Assembly (NCBI RefSeq): GCF_041146345.1 | Contig: NW_027191402.1 | Coordinates: 744,001 to 808,000 of the forward strand | Direction: 5' to 3' | Length of the DNA stretch: 64,000 nucleotides | Source of the DNA: Neodothiora populina | Lineage: Eukaryota | Shown here: positions 49,855 through 62,895 of the stretch, in pieces | Numbering within the stretch: the first letter of the stretch is position 1 | How the letters are laid out: every line of letters starts with the position of its first letter | Notes under the pieces: model-generated | What the model was told of the DNA's origin: nothing | Seen by the model: only the letters and a program-made list of their open reading frames with translations | The model's database searches: none | Made by a program: the position numbers and the translations under genes

Positions 49855-50706
49855 ATGTCTCTCCTCTCCCAGGCAACGGCCTCAATGGCCAGATCCTGCG
49901 CCAGACAGCAGGTTCCCGCCCTTCGCAGCTCCGTCGCCGCCATGCAGAAGCGTAACAACGCAGATGTTGTCGCGCCCACCAACAGCCCCTTCCGTGGCGT
50001 CAGCAGCCACAAGGACACCACCGCGATTCCCTCATTCAAGAAGTACAGATCCTCCGGCGGCGAGACCGGTCCCAAGCTCTTCCAATACTTCATGGTCGGC
50101 ACTTTCGGCGCCATTACGGCCATGGGCGCAAAGGCTACTGTCCAAGGTACGCCACAAGAGACGGCATCAATTGCTCAATCGCATTGTGCTGTGGCCACAG
50201 ACTAACCACAAAACCCAGACTTCCTCGTCAACATGTCCGCCTCCGCCGATGTCCTGGCTCAGGCCAAGGTCGAGGTCGACCTCGCCGCTATCCCCGAGGG
50301 CAAGAACGTCATCATTAAGTGGAGAGGCAAGCCCGTCTTCATCAGACACCGTACCGCCGACGAGATCAAGGAGGCCGACGACACCAAGTGGGAGGCTCTC
50401 AGAGATCCCCAGCCCGACTCGGACAGAGTGAAGAAGCCCGAGTGGCTCATCATGCTCGGTATGGAACTTCATTATCATTACGACCAAAACCGCGACGCGA
50501 CGTTGCTGACATGTACACTAACAGGCGTCTGCACACACTTGGGTTGTGTGCCCATTGGTGAGGCTGGTGACTTTGGTGGCTGGTTCTGCCCTTGCCACGG
50601 TTCTCACTACGACATCTCCGGCCGCATCAGAAAGGGACCTGCTCCTCTCAACCTCGAGGTCCCTACATACGACTTCCCCGAGGAGAACAGCTTGGTCATC
50701 GGTTAA
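49855..50706 (+). CDS. RIP1: Cytochrome bc1 Rieske Fe-S subunit; exons 49855-50146, 50219-50458, 50525-50706
   Basis: [29 protein letters not shown] and CPCHGSHY Rieske motifs; mitochondrial presequence. Confidence 0.98.
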
Positions 50707-53021
50707 GCCGGCTGACCCTTTAACTATACCTGCCAACAGACAGATAAATCGAGGAGTTTGGGCGTGGAATTGTTTCGGTCGCAAGATCTAGATTTTGGCT
50801 CAAGCTCCCGAATGAAGGGGAGAGAGATTCGAAGAAAGATGCATGAGGAGTACGAGAAGCCACCCGATAAACATACCTTTTTCTTACCACCAACCACTAC
50901 TCTTGTACATGTACTTGCAGCTGCCGTTTTCTATTAGCACGAATGTACAAAAGCGTTCACAAATCACCTATATTCCACACTTTTTGCTGTACATTTCTGC
51001 TGCTGTCACATTGGCGGATGTGACTTGTTGATACTTTAGGATCAAACAGCATTCGATGCGCGTTGGCAGGCAGCTGCCTTAACCGGATACCGATGCCAGA
51101 GACTCCATGCGACAGCTGTGCGCGTCAAGGCTCCGGCTGGCAACATCTCGAAAAGAATGGCAAGCACTGAAGCCAGGCGCTGTCACGACACTATAACGAA
51201 GATGCCTCGCCTCTGTCCGACAGCCCAACAACCCAACATGCGGAATTAGAGTCTAGATTTTATGGTCTTGATCACCAAGATGTCTCCTTTGGCGAAACCG
51301 CGACAGGCGGCCTGATGCAAGTGAAAAGTACGGGAGAAGCCCTCGCACGAGGGAGCCACGTGAGAATGGAAGCTACGTTGACGCCTTATGTTTCAGGGCG
51401 ACACTCGTGCTGCGCCGCAGCTCAGTGCATCCCGACACATAACAGATGATATATAGTCTTAGCGAAACGGTAGTAAGTACACCCTTGGACGTGTGGATGT
51501 ATGCTTTTGTGTCGGTGCTGGTGGTTAGTCTTGGTAGACCTTATCGCTTCTCGAGCCAAGCCGAGCTCACCGCGACCCGTCGCTACGACCATGCCATATT
51601 ATTTTCTCGGTCCTCCTGAGCTTGGCCGCGGCTGAAACACTGGTCACCTAGCGTGTTGTGCTGGTGATGCAGTGCCTACCTGAGCAATGCAGAGATGGGA
51701 GAAAGGTGCTAGAGATATTGGTAGGCCTGATACTATACTATTGATGAGGTTCTCCTGCACACAACGCAATAAGGCAGCTCCATTAGAGGCATATTGCGCC
51801 ATTGTGTCAAATGCGTGCGACTGGTGGGTGGGCAAACAAGACATCCATAGTTTCTCAAAGCGCTTGCACGATATCTGAAGCAAAAGAACTTGGTCTTGGT
51901 CATTGATCATCATAAGCGAGACTCACTCTGGATGCACCGCTGTTCCCGGACAGATGGAGCAAGCGGTGAATTGGCCATCTTGACATTCAGCACTGACAGG
52001 ATCATCATTAAGCTCCATCCATTTCCCGATGATCCTCGATACATTGTTCCGGCACCGCATGCAACCCTATACCATTGTTCCAATCGAACACTCCCTCCAA
52101 ACTAGACGGCGCGATTGTGTAAGCGTAATATCTACGATAGGTTGACAGGTCAAACGATCAACACTCGTGCCGTGCCGCATTCCTGCAAGACAGCAAAGGC
52201 CCTGCGTCTGGAAGATCACATGCGAAGGGGATAAAAGTCATCTATATTGCTTCTCCAATATGTTTCTTTGCTTGACCAACAGCCCCCTCACACACACGAG
52301 AACCTTACTGTACCAAGGCGAGCCACGGTGTATCATCGCCGCGAAGAGCCCATTAAACGAAACAGCCGGGAGGGGAACCAAGCCACCAAGCCTCGCTCCC
52401 GCTTTCGCAAGACGTGGAGAGCTGACTGCGGTGCGCTCTCTGTGCTGCCACGAAACCTCCTTCCCGCATTACCCAGACGCTGTTTCATGGTGCTCGAAAC
52501 GACAATCCACTCTGGCTGTCAACAAGGATCGTCAAACTCACCCATGACGGGCCCTGACTAGGAATATAGAAGTCTCTGAGGTCGAGATGCAGGTCCCGGA
52601 TCTTCCATCAATCAGTGCACGCACCCCCCTCCCTTGTCCCTTTTGCGCTGGCGCCATTGCTCTTGACAGATGGTCCCGCTCTCGCTCGAGGCATCACAAG
52701 GTGTATTTTCGTAGGTAACTTGGCAGATCTCGCTCTACAATATCACGAATCGTGTTGTCTCGTGGGGAGGGGAAACGCGGCGTTCGTAGTGTGCGGAAGG
52801 GGGTGATTGATGTGTTTGAAGTAAACATGTTTTTCCTTTCATCTGCTCTCGCTTGCGAGTGATGCCATGAGAGGGTAGTGATGAATAGCATATATAAAGT
52901 GGTAGGTATCGAAGTGTTGGATATTCGAATCACTCAGTAATACAGCCTCGACTTTCTTTTTACCTATATCTTCTTATTTCAGTTCTCGTTAACTCTTTGA
53001 AAGAGCATACATTCCATCACG

Positions 53022-54042
53022 ATGATTTCTATCTCTTCTATTGCTTCGCTGGGTCTGCTGCTTCTGCGAAGCGCTGATGCAGCTACACTATATTTGGCCG
53101 GTGATTCGACCATGGCAGCAGGGGGTGGTGGTAGTGGCACACAAGGTAAACACATTCCGTTTCACATGTCAAGTCACTCTATACTTTTACCTTGTCCTCA
53201 AACACAAGGTCTATCATAGACGAAGAGTGTAAAGAAGTACATGTGGTAGTAACAACAACGCTCACTCACACAATCGAAACACAGGCTGGGGCGAATACCT
53301 CCACTACTCCCTCTCTATCCCAGTCGTGAACGACGCCAAAGCAGGCCGTTCAGCCCGCAGTTACACCGCAGAAGGCCGCTTCGATACCATCACCGAGGCG
53401 GTCAAGTCCGGCGACTATGTTCTCATTGAGTTTGGACACAACGATGGTGTCAGCAACCCCGACAACGGAAGGAGTGACTGCCCAGGAAGCGGCAACGAGG
53501 TCTGCACAAAAGTATACAAGTAAGTAAACACCCTTTCGTCTATCACTTTCCTGTCTGCCATACAACAGGTCTTCAAGCCACAAGTCAACACAACTCTGGA
53601 AGAAAGAAGATACTAATATCCCACCCCCTCTCACAGCGGCGTGACCGAAACCGTCTACACCTTCCCCAAATACCTCGAATGGGCAGCCGCGAACCTGACC
53701 GCCAAAGGCGCGCACGTGATAATATCCTCTCAAACCCCCAACAACCCCGACGAAACGGGCGTGTTCGTAGACTCGATACCGCGCTTCGTCGGCCTTGCCA
53801 AAACCGCCGCCACCGCCGCCAAAGTCGACTATGTAGATCACAACGCTTACACTTTCGCCGCGTACAAGACCAAGAGCGTCTCTACGGTCAACAGTTATTT
53901 CCCCAATGATCATACGCATACTGCGCCGGTTGCTGCGGCATTGGTTGCGCAGACCTTCGTTAGGGGACTGGTTTGTGGTAACAGTGGGCTCAAGAGCTAC
54001 GTTAAGAATGCTACTAGCTCTATTGAGGGTTCGTGCTTGTAA
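53022..54042 (+). CDS. Secreted rhamnogalacturonan acetylesterase (CE12, SGNH); exons 53022-53145, 53285-53519, 53637-54042
   Basis: Signal peptide; [44 protein letters not shown] at 52891. Confidence 0.95.
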
Positions 54043-54223
54043 ACGTGAGAAAGCCGTAGCGACGGCGCTTTGCAGCAGTAGCAGAGGAGAAAAGAATCTT
54101 GTGCGTCCAGACACAGTGATTAGTGGTTTATCATGAGTGTAGATAGTTTTTACGTCTGGCACGTTTTTCTTAATTGACACTCATCTACTCTTCAGTCATC
54201 ATTTCGTCTTTCCAGTGCTCTGT

Positions 54224-55665
54224 CTATAGCTTCGAGCGAGGACTCTCCTGCAGTGCCGAAACCGCCTGTTGCCCACCCACTTCTCCAGAGCACAGCGCGC
54301 CCTCCATATACCCTTTCCACTCGCTGGCGAACTCAGTCCCCACAAAGTGAAGATTGCCCACGGGCTGCCTATACGCAGCATCCTTGGACAGCATACCCTT
54401 GTCGCCGAGAATCGGACAGACCGCGCCCTTGCTGAATTCCTCGTTGATCCACTCCTGCTCGAAGATCTCAATCGGCTTGTACACGGCATCGTGCTCGCCG
54501 TACATGGTCGCGATCTGAGCCAGGACCTGCGCGCGTCGTTCGTGCTGTGGCAGCTTGCTCCATGTGCGGCCTGGCTCGCCGTTCACGAAGCATGTCAGGG
54601 AGAACTGCTTGTTGGCTGCCACGCTCGTGTCTCGGGCTACTGCGACGGGGCCCTCGAACGCGAGTGTCAGGCCGCTGTAGCCGGCTTCTAACCACCAGGG
54701 CTCGTCGTAGCATAATATCACTTTCGTGTATGTTCCCAGGAAGGTGCTTGATGTTACTAGGTCTTTTGCAGCTGGTAGGGGTGGCGAGAAATTTACGTCT
54801 TTGTATAGTGGAGTTGGCAGAGATATGATGACTTTCTTGGCCTTGAATGCTTCGCCGGTTGTGGAAGTCACGACGACGTGGGCTTTCTTGTCGTCTATTG
54901 CCACCACGGGCGTGGAAAGACGCACACTGTTCTTTGGTAAACGGACTGCGATGCCTTTCGCGACAGACTGCGAACCTGTCTTGAAGCGAAGGTACTGGCC
55001 ACCGTGTTTGCTGTCCGATCGCATCTGCATTAGACCACCACCTCGGCGAGCATAATCGATAAAGAAGCCCGCTGTGCACTCTGTGTGTTCACATCCGATC
55101 ATTACGCGGGTCCAGAGGTTGACCATCTTCTGGGTCTTCTCGCAGCCTTTGTGCTTGGTCACGTACTCGGCGAGCGTCATGCTGTCCTCCTCGGCTAGAT
55201 TATATGTCTTCATAGATGCATCATGGATCATGTCGCGGATGCGCTCTAGATCTGCTACTTCTTCTGCTGAGAACTTTGCGTGTGCGTCAGAGCCTGATCA
55301 CATTGAAATGTTTCTGTCTTCAAGATAGAAACACGGAACCAACTTACATTTGGACTCTTGCCAAAAGGAAAAATATGCGTTTCGCCACCTTCCTCGAGCA
55401 TCACACACTTTCCCTCGACGCTCTGGGTGACCATCTCCAATCCGAATTGCTGAGCATACGCCCACATTCGTCTCTGGTTCGTATCATTGATCCAAGCGGC
55501 GCCGAACTCGACACTTCCACGACCAGAAGCGAGAGGAACACTCCAAGTCTTGCCGCCTACACGATCACGGGCTTCGACGACAAGCACTGATTTGCCGGCT
55601 TGATGAGCAGTGGTGGCAGCTTGTAGACCACTGAGGCCGGCACCGACAACAAGGATGTCGTACAT
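54224..55665 (-). CDS. Flavin-dependent amine oxidase (MAO/putrescine-oxidase family) with PTS1; exons 55665-55348, 55273-54224
   Basis: VVGAGLSGL, EARDRVGGKT, FGAAWIN, LHFVGTE..WKGYMEGA; C-terminal SKL. Confidence 0.95.
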
Positions 55666-56993
55666 TTCCTCGGATATGAGAGCTGATTATGGGAATCGAC
55701 GTGACAAGACAACACAAACCTACGACAATCAAGAGGACGGTAAGGTAATGGATACGTCTACAGGACGCTGCAATCAGGTATTACTCCTTATATAGACTCT
55801 AATTTTCCACCGCGAGAACGGGACGGCCGCATCTCCCTGTCTACAGACTACCGACGAACATCTCTAACAATACCAAGAGAGTACAGGGTTATCGTACTCG
55901 GTCAACTGTTGTGGGACCTTGGAAGGCCGGAATAGAGTCAACTTGCCTATCGAGATATCCTATTGCACAACACCGCCTATCTGGGGTTGGGTGCCTTTAA
56001 CAGATTGCAACCAATTTGGCAAGTGACCCCCGACGCCAAGGTTACGTGGCACAACACCATAGCGTAAGACTCCGTACTGTTAAGGTAACGGCATTCACAG
56101 CTGTACTGCTTCGGTAATGGCCTTATACTTCCGAGGTGTCTGCTCTTAGATTGAATCGTTCGTCATACGAACATGTAAGCATTGCTTGTATATAGTGTAT
56201 AAGCTGCTTTGTCTGTCTCACTCTACGAATGACCGATCATTGTAGCACACATTAGTAAATATAGATTGTGAACAGTATGCATGAATGTTGCTTGACTCTG
56301 ACTATATGGTTCTTAATAACTTATCTTCCTCAATCCAGAGTCGCACGAGATAATGAGTAAAGCAGCGTCTGGAACTGGCACGAGACGACGTCCATGATGA
56401 TACTCGCAGCATGAAAGCTCAATCCAACACGCCCTATTCAACAGCAGCATGACGGATAGCTGACACATGAAAGCCATTCTACATTGTGATATTTGCTCAT
56501 CAAGCTCTTCCTCTGCACCGGAATCACATTACCCGAGTAAGAGTGCGTCACATTGTACATATAATCTGTTCCCATCCACAACATACCTTAAGGTATGTTT
56601 GTAGACACAACCCCGCATCAGCATCTCGGTGTAGACCTACCATACTAAAAACGGATTGGGGTAGCGAATTTGGCTTCTACCCTTATCCAGCCCCTTATCT
56701 ACAGCCACCCTCGCTCTTGCTCCGCAGGACATCGAGTGTGCAGTATGACTCGAAGGGGAAGCCGAAGATGGGGGAGGCTGCGGAGTCGTGATAGACATGC
56801 TTACCATTTATGTGGTGGCACTATCGGCTCTTCTTGCTCGGATAGATAGAAACTACCGTCAGCATCATACATAAGAGCAGCATCTCATCCACCACTTGTC
56901 ATCTTTCAAGACCACAGCATTGCCTTTTTGTTTCTATCGTAGACAAGTTCTCCCAATAAAAAGCTCATCATATAACACCTATACCAAGCAAAC

Positions 56994-58058
56994 ATGCCAG
57001 GAACCGTCCCATCCCTAAAGAGAATCCATGTCTCCGAGACGGAGAACATCATCAACTGCATCAAAGAAAATGGCTGTTTGATCATCAAGAACTTCACAAC
57101 CCCCGAGGTCGTCGACCAGATCAACGCCGAGACTCGACCATATCTAGACAAAGACAAGCCATGGAAAGGCGACCTCTTCCCACCCGAGACTCGACGCTGC
57201 CCACGCCTTGTAGCTCGCAGTAAGGCATTCCGTGAAAACTTGCTCGTTGCCCCTATTGTCTCTGCTCTCACTGCCGAGTTTGTCGATAAGACGACAAGCA
57301 ACTTCTACGGCGAGACGCAGCATACATACACCAGCAAGGCCATCATGAGCATCAGCACGACCATGGAAATCGGCCCCGGAGGCAAAGCCCAGCGACTGCA
57401 TCGTGACGACAAGAACTATCACGTGGACCACAAGGATCAGACGCAGACTGGGTATCAGAAGCATTCGGACGTGGAGCTGTCGTTTCTGATTCCGGGGATT
57501 GACACGACTATCGAGAACGGGGCAACGCAGGTAAGAATTTTGTGCTTCTCAAAGGTTTTTGTACAGTAATGAGATGAGATGAGATGCTGATGGCTAGCAG
57601 GTAATCCCTGGCTCGCACCTCTGGGACAACAACCGCGTCCCATTGTTCGAGGAAGTAGACTACGCCGTCATGAACAAAGGCGACGCCTACGTGATGCTGG
57701 GATCCACCTACCACGCGGGCGGAGCGAACCAAACCACCGACACCAAGAGACCTATGCACGGCATGTTTTTCTGCCGGGGTTACATGCGATCGGAGGTCAG
57801 TAGTTTCCCGCATTCCTCAAGCAACGTTTTGCAAACTGACAAACGATGCAGGAGAATCAATATCTTATCCACTCCCCGGAGGAAGTCATGTCCTGGTCTC
57901 CTGAGGCACAGAGAATCATGGGCTACACTGTGTCGGCGCCTAATATTGGCTTTGTCGATTTTATCGACCCCGGAAAGTACTTGTCTGGAGACTATGACCC
58001 TGATAACCTTCATGACTTTGATCCGTCGCAGGAGGTCAAGCCTTGGAATGTCAAGTAG
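56994..58058 (+). CDS. PhyH-family Fe(II)/2-oxoglutarate dioxygenase; exons 56994-57530, 57601-57795, 57852-58058
   Basis: IGPGGKAQRLHRDD (HxD), ENGATQVIPGSHLW, YHAGGAN (distal His), R...CRGYMRSEENQ. Confidence 0.94.
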
Positions 58059-58505
58059 ATCGAGGTGCAATTATTCACGCAGATATCTAGAATGATTAAT
58101 GAATACGCATATATATCATATAAGAAACTTTCCCGAAGTGCGCAATGTAATATTGTGTTGGGCTTGTAATCTATCAACGATGTCTGGATCTTGTGTGCTC
58201 AGAGCGGAGTCTGGGAACGCTCTCTTGAGGCCAGTGTGTATGGCGAGGAACAGCAATTGCAACCCTTCACTACTGCTATGTGTCTCCGCCACGCTCCGCC
58301 AGAGAACCCTCTAAGATCAGTATGCTACATGATCAATATCAGAGCTGCGAGAAGTGAAAAACATGCAAGTCAAAAGCGCTGAAAGTGTGCTGAATCGAGG
58401 CTGCATGATATCGTAAGCTTTTCATTTGCGTCGATTCTCTATTCTACTATCTTCATCTCGGCCACCCGCTGTCGTGACAAGCAGGTGGCATCATGCCGCA
58501 GAACA

Positions 58506-59637
58506 TTACTTGGCTACGAAGGACTCCTTGGGAGGTATCTTGACCACTCCGTTGATCTCCTTTGTTCGCCACTGAATAGCCTTCAGCAAGTGGTAGAGCA
58601 CTGTCAGAGTAGGCATGGGTACTCCGAGAGCCGTACCAGCTCGCAGAGGCTCGCCCAGAATGTTCTCGTATTCCGTGTAGTTTCCCTGTGGGTTGTGTCA
58701 GTGATCGAACTTAATCAAGCGACGATTTGTCGATTATACCTTTCTGACATCCCCCAGCATGCTCGGTGGCAAGTACATGGTGACGGGATCAAGATTGATC
58801 ATGAAATCACACACATCAGCAGGCAACTCGACGCCGTTAGCTTTCGCCGCGGCTCTGATCTCCTCCATGGCGGGTCTGACAAGACTGTCGACAAGGTCAT
58901 CTGCTAGACGAAGTCGTCCAGTATCAAGACCCGTGAGGGCACAGATCGAGTTCAGGCAGGCGTTATATATCAGCTTTCGCCATCTAGTGAACGGGACATC
59001 ATCCGTGAATTCGCAAGAGCACTTGCCGGATGCAGAGTACAGCTTGACGTATTCTTTAGCGGCGGCTTCTTCCTTCGCTGGGTCTAGTCGAGGGTTATGG
59101 AATGGGCCGATGAAGCTACGATCGTTGTCATCGTGCTCGATGACACCATGTTGAACTTCGTGAGAGCCGATCAGACTGACTCCGGACAGGACAATGTTGT
59201 CTGGGAAAGCTTTGAACATTGGTAGCTCGATATTGAAACCATTCTGGACCAGGACAATCACGGTATGACCTGGGACCACAGCAGGAGCGATGAGCTCGGC
59301 CAAGGTAGGAGGACAGTCTGGGACGTTCTTTGTCGTGCACACAATGTAGTCAAATTTCTCCTCTGAGGTAAGAGGAATGGATTTGAGAACTGACGAGCAC
59401 TATTAGATTCGATGGTCACGAGAGATTTTGGGAAAGGCTACCTTTGCTAGGGCGCCATCCGCTGACTGTGCCATGATCACAAGACTTGATATCGAAACCC
59501 TTGTTGATCACGGTGTTATAGTTGGACCGCAACACAGCAGTCACTGATGTAAGTCCACCGGCCTCTAGATTTAGAGCTGTGATGGTGCCAACTCCACCGC
59601 CTCCAAAAAGGAGGACTTTGGCTTTTGAGGATGCCAT
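58506..59637 (-). CDS. Ketopantoate reductase (ApbA/PanE)-like oxidoreductase, 3 exons
   Basis: LLFGGGGVG, LRSNY, CTTK, LVQNGFNIE, RWRKLIYNACLN, PSMLGD, EYENILGEP motifs. Confidence 0.92.
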
Positions 59638-60044
59638 TAAAGCCTCACACTGTAGTAGATGGATAAAGAGCCAAGGATGTTTCAATCAAGTCGAATGTTC
59701 TTGTCTCTATTACTATGGACTACTTGATATATCTATGGAAGTCATATTGGAAGACTTGCGCAACGTATCAACTGACTACGGGCCGAGTGGTGTGTTGGAT
59801 GGAGGCTGATAGTCCGACGTCGCTTGCCTGATCTAGAGGTCGTCCGTGCAGCTCGGCTACCATCGGCTATCAGAGGACCCTTGGCCGGGCTCTGTCTCGA
59901 AGCGGTTGTTCTCCAAATGGAAGGCCAACCCCGACGTGAGGACTATCCCACCATGCTCGTCCAAAGCTATTATCATTCTACCGATATCCTGATGATTTCG
60001 GCTTTCGGTCATGAAGTTTATGTCTGCTTTCATATCAGCAGACG

Positions 60045-62206
60045 ATGATGGGTCGGTCTGCCGCTGCCTGCTCGACATGTCGAACGAGGAAGGTCAAGTG
60101 TGACCGCAGGGAGCCCAAATGCTCACCTTGTGAGAGGTTGAAGTTGCAATGCGGGAGCAACAAAGTCGCCCCAAGGCTGTCTTGGATGGAAGCCAAGGAT
60201 GTAGATGATGAACAATGTAATAATGAACACGAAGTCAGTGCACGACGGAAAGCTCTGTTTTCTGGTCAGTCTATATCAGCTCATACCTAGGTGAAACGAG
60301 ACTCGACTGACCTCATCAAGTCGCCGAACGTGAAGCAGAATGCAAAGTGCTGCTTGGACAGGTCAATGGTCAGAAAGTCGAGACCTTATTGCAAGACCTC
60401 GAATCATTCACAGGACCACATGAAGATGTCCATAACACTACTCTTAGCAGTGGTCCCTTCAGCGTATTCACAACGAGTGTATCAGCAAGCTCCATAGAAA
60501 GTCATAATGAAATTCCAAGCGATCAAGAAGACCAGCCGATCAGTAACACCATCGAAGACGACATCGACGAAGTGATCAGGCAATCACACTGGGACGAAGT
60601 GATTGATGTAGCCCCGAATCGCCATGTCGTTGACCTGGACTTCTTCGACACAAGGTCGCGGACACCGGTGTTCAATGATTCGTTTGACACTTTGTTTGAG
60701 TTTCCCGCGTCCTTGAGCATTGAAGAAGACATACAAGATGTCGATCTTTACAAGGACTTGCTGAACAGCTCGCCGACCGAATACCTGCAACGGACGCCTT
60801 CACCGCGAGAGTTGGCTATGCCTCTGGAGATTGCAGGTGATTTTGGCGACCTCGCTCCTCTGATCACCAATACTCTGCTCGTTCATTACAAGGAAGCGAT
60901 GTTGCAATGCTTTGTCCCGCTCAAGCAGGAGAAATCACCATGGAGTATTGTGCATCTACCTTGCGCCATGTCTGCGTACGGCGAAATGGCCCTTCTAGGC
61001 GACACCAATAACGCGAAAGCTGCTTTGTTCTTCGCAATCTGTGCCATGAGCGCGTTGAATCTTGAGCAGATACAAAGACAAGAAACAGGAACGACGTCGC
61101 AGTGGCAGACTGCAGGCGAACGATACCGAAGCAAAGCCAAGTCTCGGCTCCAAGCAAGCCTTCGTGAGCAGGGCGGCAGCGTCAAGAAAGCCAAATACAA
61201 AGAAGTGCTGATGGCCTTGTTGAGCATGGTCACGATATGCGTCGTCTCTGGACAAATGGAAGACACGAAAAGTTTCCTCCTCGACGCCGAGCGATTCATC
61301 TATCTCCACGGACTCTCGAAGCGGCGCAAATCGAAAAAGGTCCTCATGCTCCACGCCATATTCTTGTATCTACGAGTCGTGCAAGAAAGCACATGCATCA
61401 GTGATGCAGCCTTGCAAGCATCACTACCCAATGCGACCTACCACGAACTCAGCGCCGACGGCTCATTCTCCTGCCGCTACCCATCACTATGGACGGACAG
61501 ACTCAAACTAAGTCTGAGCCTAGACACGGACAACCTCGAAATGCAACTAATGTCGTATCCCTCGGACGCAGCCGAGCCGACCATCTTCGAGCACGTCTAC
61601 GGCATCCCAGAGTATCTATTCAGATACATATCGCACGCGACCTACCTAGCCAACGAACTCGAGCGACACCACAGCAAAGTAGCGAACCACCGTCTCGACG
61701 CCTCGATCAAAGCTCTCGAGAGCCGAATCTGCAGCTACCAAAACCCGTACAAAGCCATGGCGGTCATCGGACCCCGTCGCTCGCCCGACGAGTTCGAGTC
61801 CCGCTGCTCGCTCTACTACGACTTCATAGAAGCCATCCACTCGGCGCTGATGATATACTATTACCGGCGCGTGCGAGACGTCAACTCGCTCGTCTTGCAG
61901 CACTACGTCAAGAAAACCATCCATCACCTGCTTGTGCACGAACGCAAGAAAATAGAGCAAAACGACGCGTCGGCGAATTTCTGCTGGCCGGGCTTTGTTG
62001 CCGCGTGTGAAGCCTTGGATGCCAAGGATCGAGAGACGGTATCGAAATGGCTTGAGAGGTCGTATACCAAGAGTGGACTGGGCTCGTTCAATACTGCCAG
62101 GGACGTCGCGGAGAAAGTCTGGGCTGCGCGAGGAAGGTCTGGCAATGCGGATATGTCGTGGCACGATGTTCTCGCGAGGGGAAAGACGGCGTTGATTCTG
62201 AGTTGA
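60045..62206 (+). CDS. Zn2Cys6 transcription factor with Fungal_trans_2-type domain (Arg81/ArcA-like); exons 60045-60264, 60321-62206
   Basis: ACSTCRTRKVKCDRREPKCSPCERLKLQC; KAKYKEVLMALLSM, ALMIYYYRRV, WPGFVAACEA. Confidence 0.92.
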
Positions 62207-62345
62207 AGCTGAGCAGCACTCCTGCGCGAATCTTGCAATTGTCGTCCCCGTGACCATTTTGTAACAGAACAGAACATGGCTTCTGAAGGTTCACAGCGAT
62301 ACTCACAGTAGCACCCAGTAAATATGTTGTCTGTATCTTAATCAA

Positions 62346-62372
62346 TTTTTTTTTTTTTTTTTTTTAAAAAAA
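62346..62372. repeat. Poly(T) run of about 20 followed by A7 between convergent genes
   Basis: Direct reading of the homopolymer. Confidence 0.8.
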
Positions 62373-62895
62373 CGTCGGTACCTTTGCAGAAAAGCGCAGA
62401 GGCAAGGAAAATGGGAAAGAAAAAGGTCAACTCCCTCAGTTTTAGAGTTTTCGATTTTCGATTTCTATTTTTCTTTGGTAATCTTTCTTCGCAAGCTCTC
62501 TCAATAGAGAGACAAAACGCGGGTACAAATGCGTGATCGATGAACACATGGTTTCTCGACTCTCGTCTTGCTTTGCTTTTCTGCTTGAAGCCGAGCTTTC
62601 CATGGCAACGGTGAAGAAAGCAGACACAGGGAGAAGAAGGACAAAAAGAAAATCAATACACGTCCATCTTGCGGCTCATTTCGGGTCTGCCGGAGCTATA
62701 GTCTCTGGGGACGGTCCTCTCGAAACCCCTGACCCTACTCGTAGCGCCGCCGCCTTTCTTCATGGCCGCGAAGCAATTCATACAAGGTCTCAAGAGCAAC
62801 AGTGAGGCGAGCAGGAGAAAACAAGCTACCAGAACAACGAACAAAGCAATGCCCACAGTGGGCCAAAAGGACGATCCACGGTGACTACCGGAGAG

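Noticed and set aside
52093..52100. CCTCCAA, a GaaR (GARE CCNCCAA) match upstream of the CE12 gene
   Set aside because: Single short motif about 920 bp from the ATG; not distinguishable from chance
55666..60044. Search for a shared CGG-Nx-CGG/CCG site for the cluster Zn2Cys6 factor
   Set aside because: CGG pairs occur (about 56825 with N11, about 59853 with N7) but spacing is inconsistent; no motif can be supported by eye
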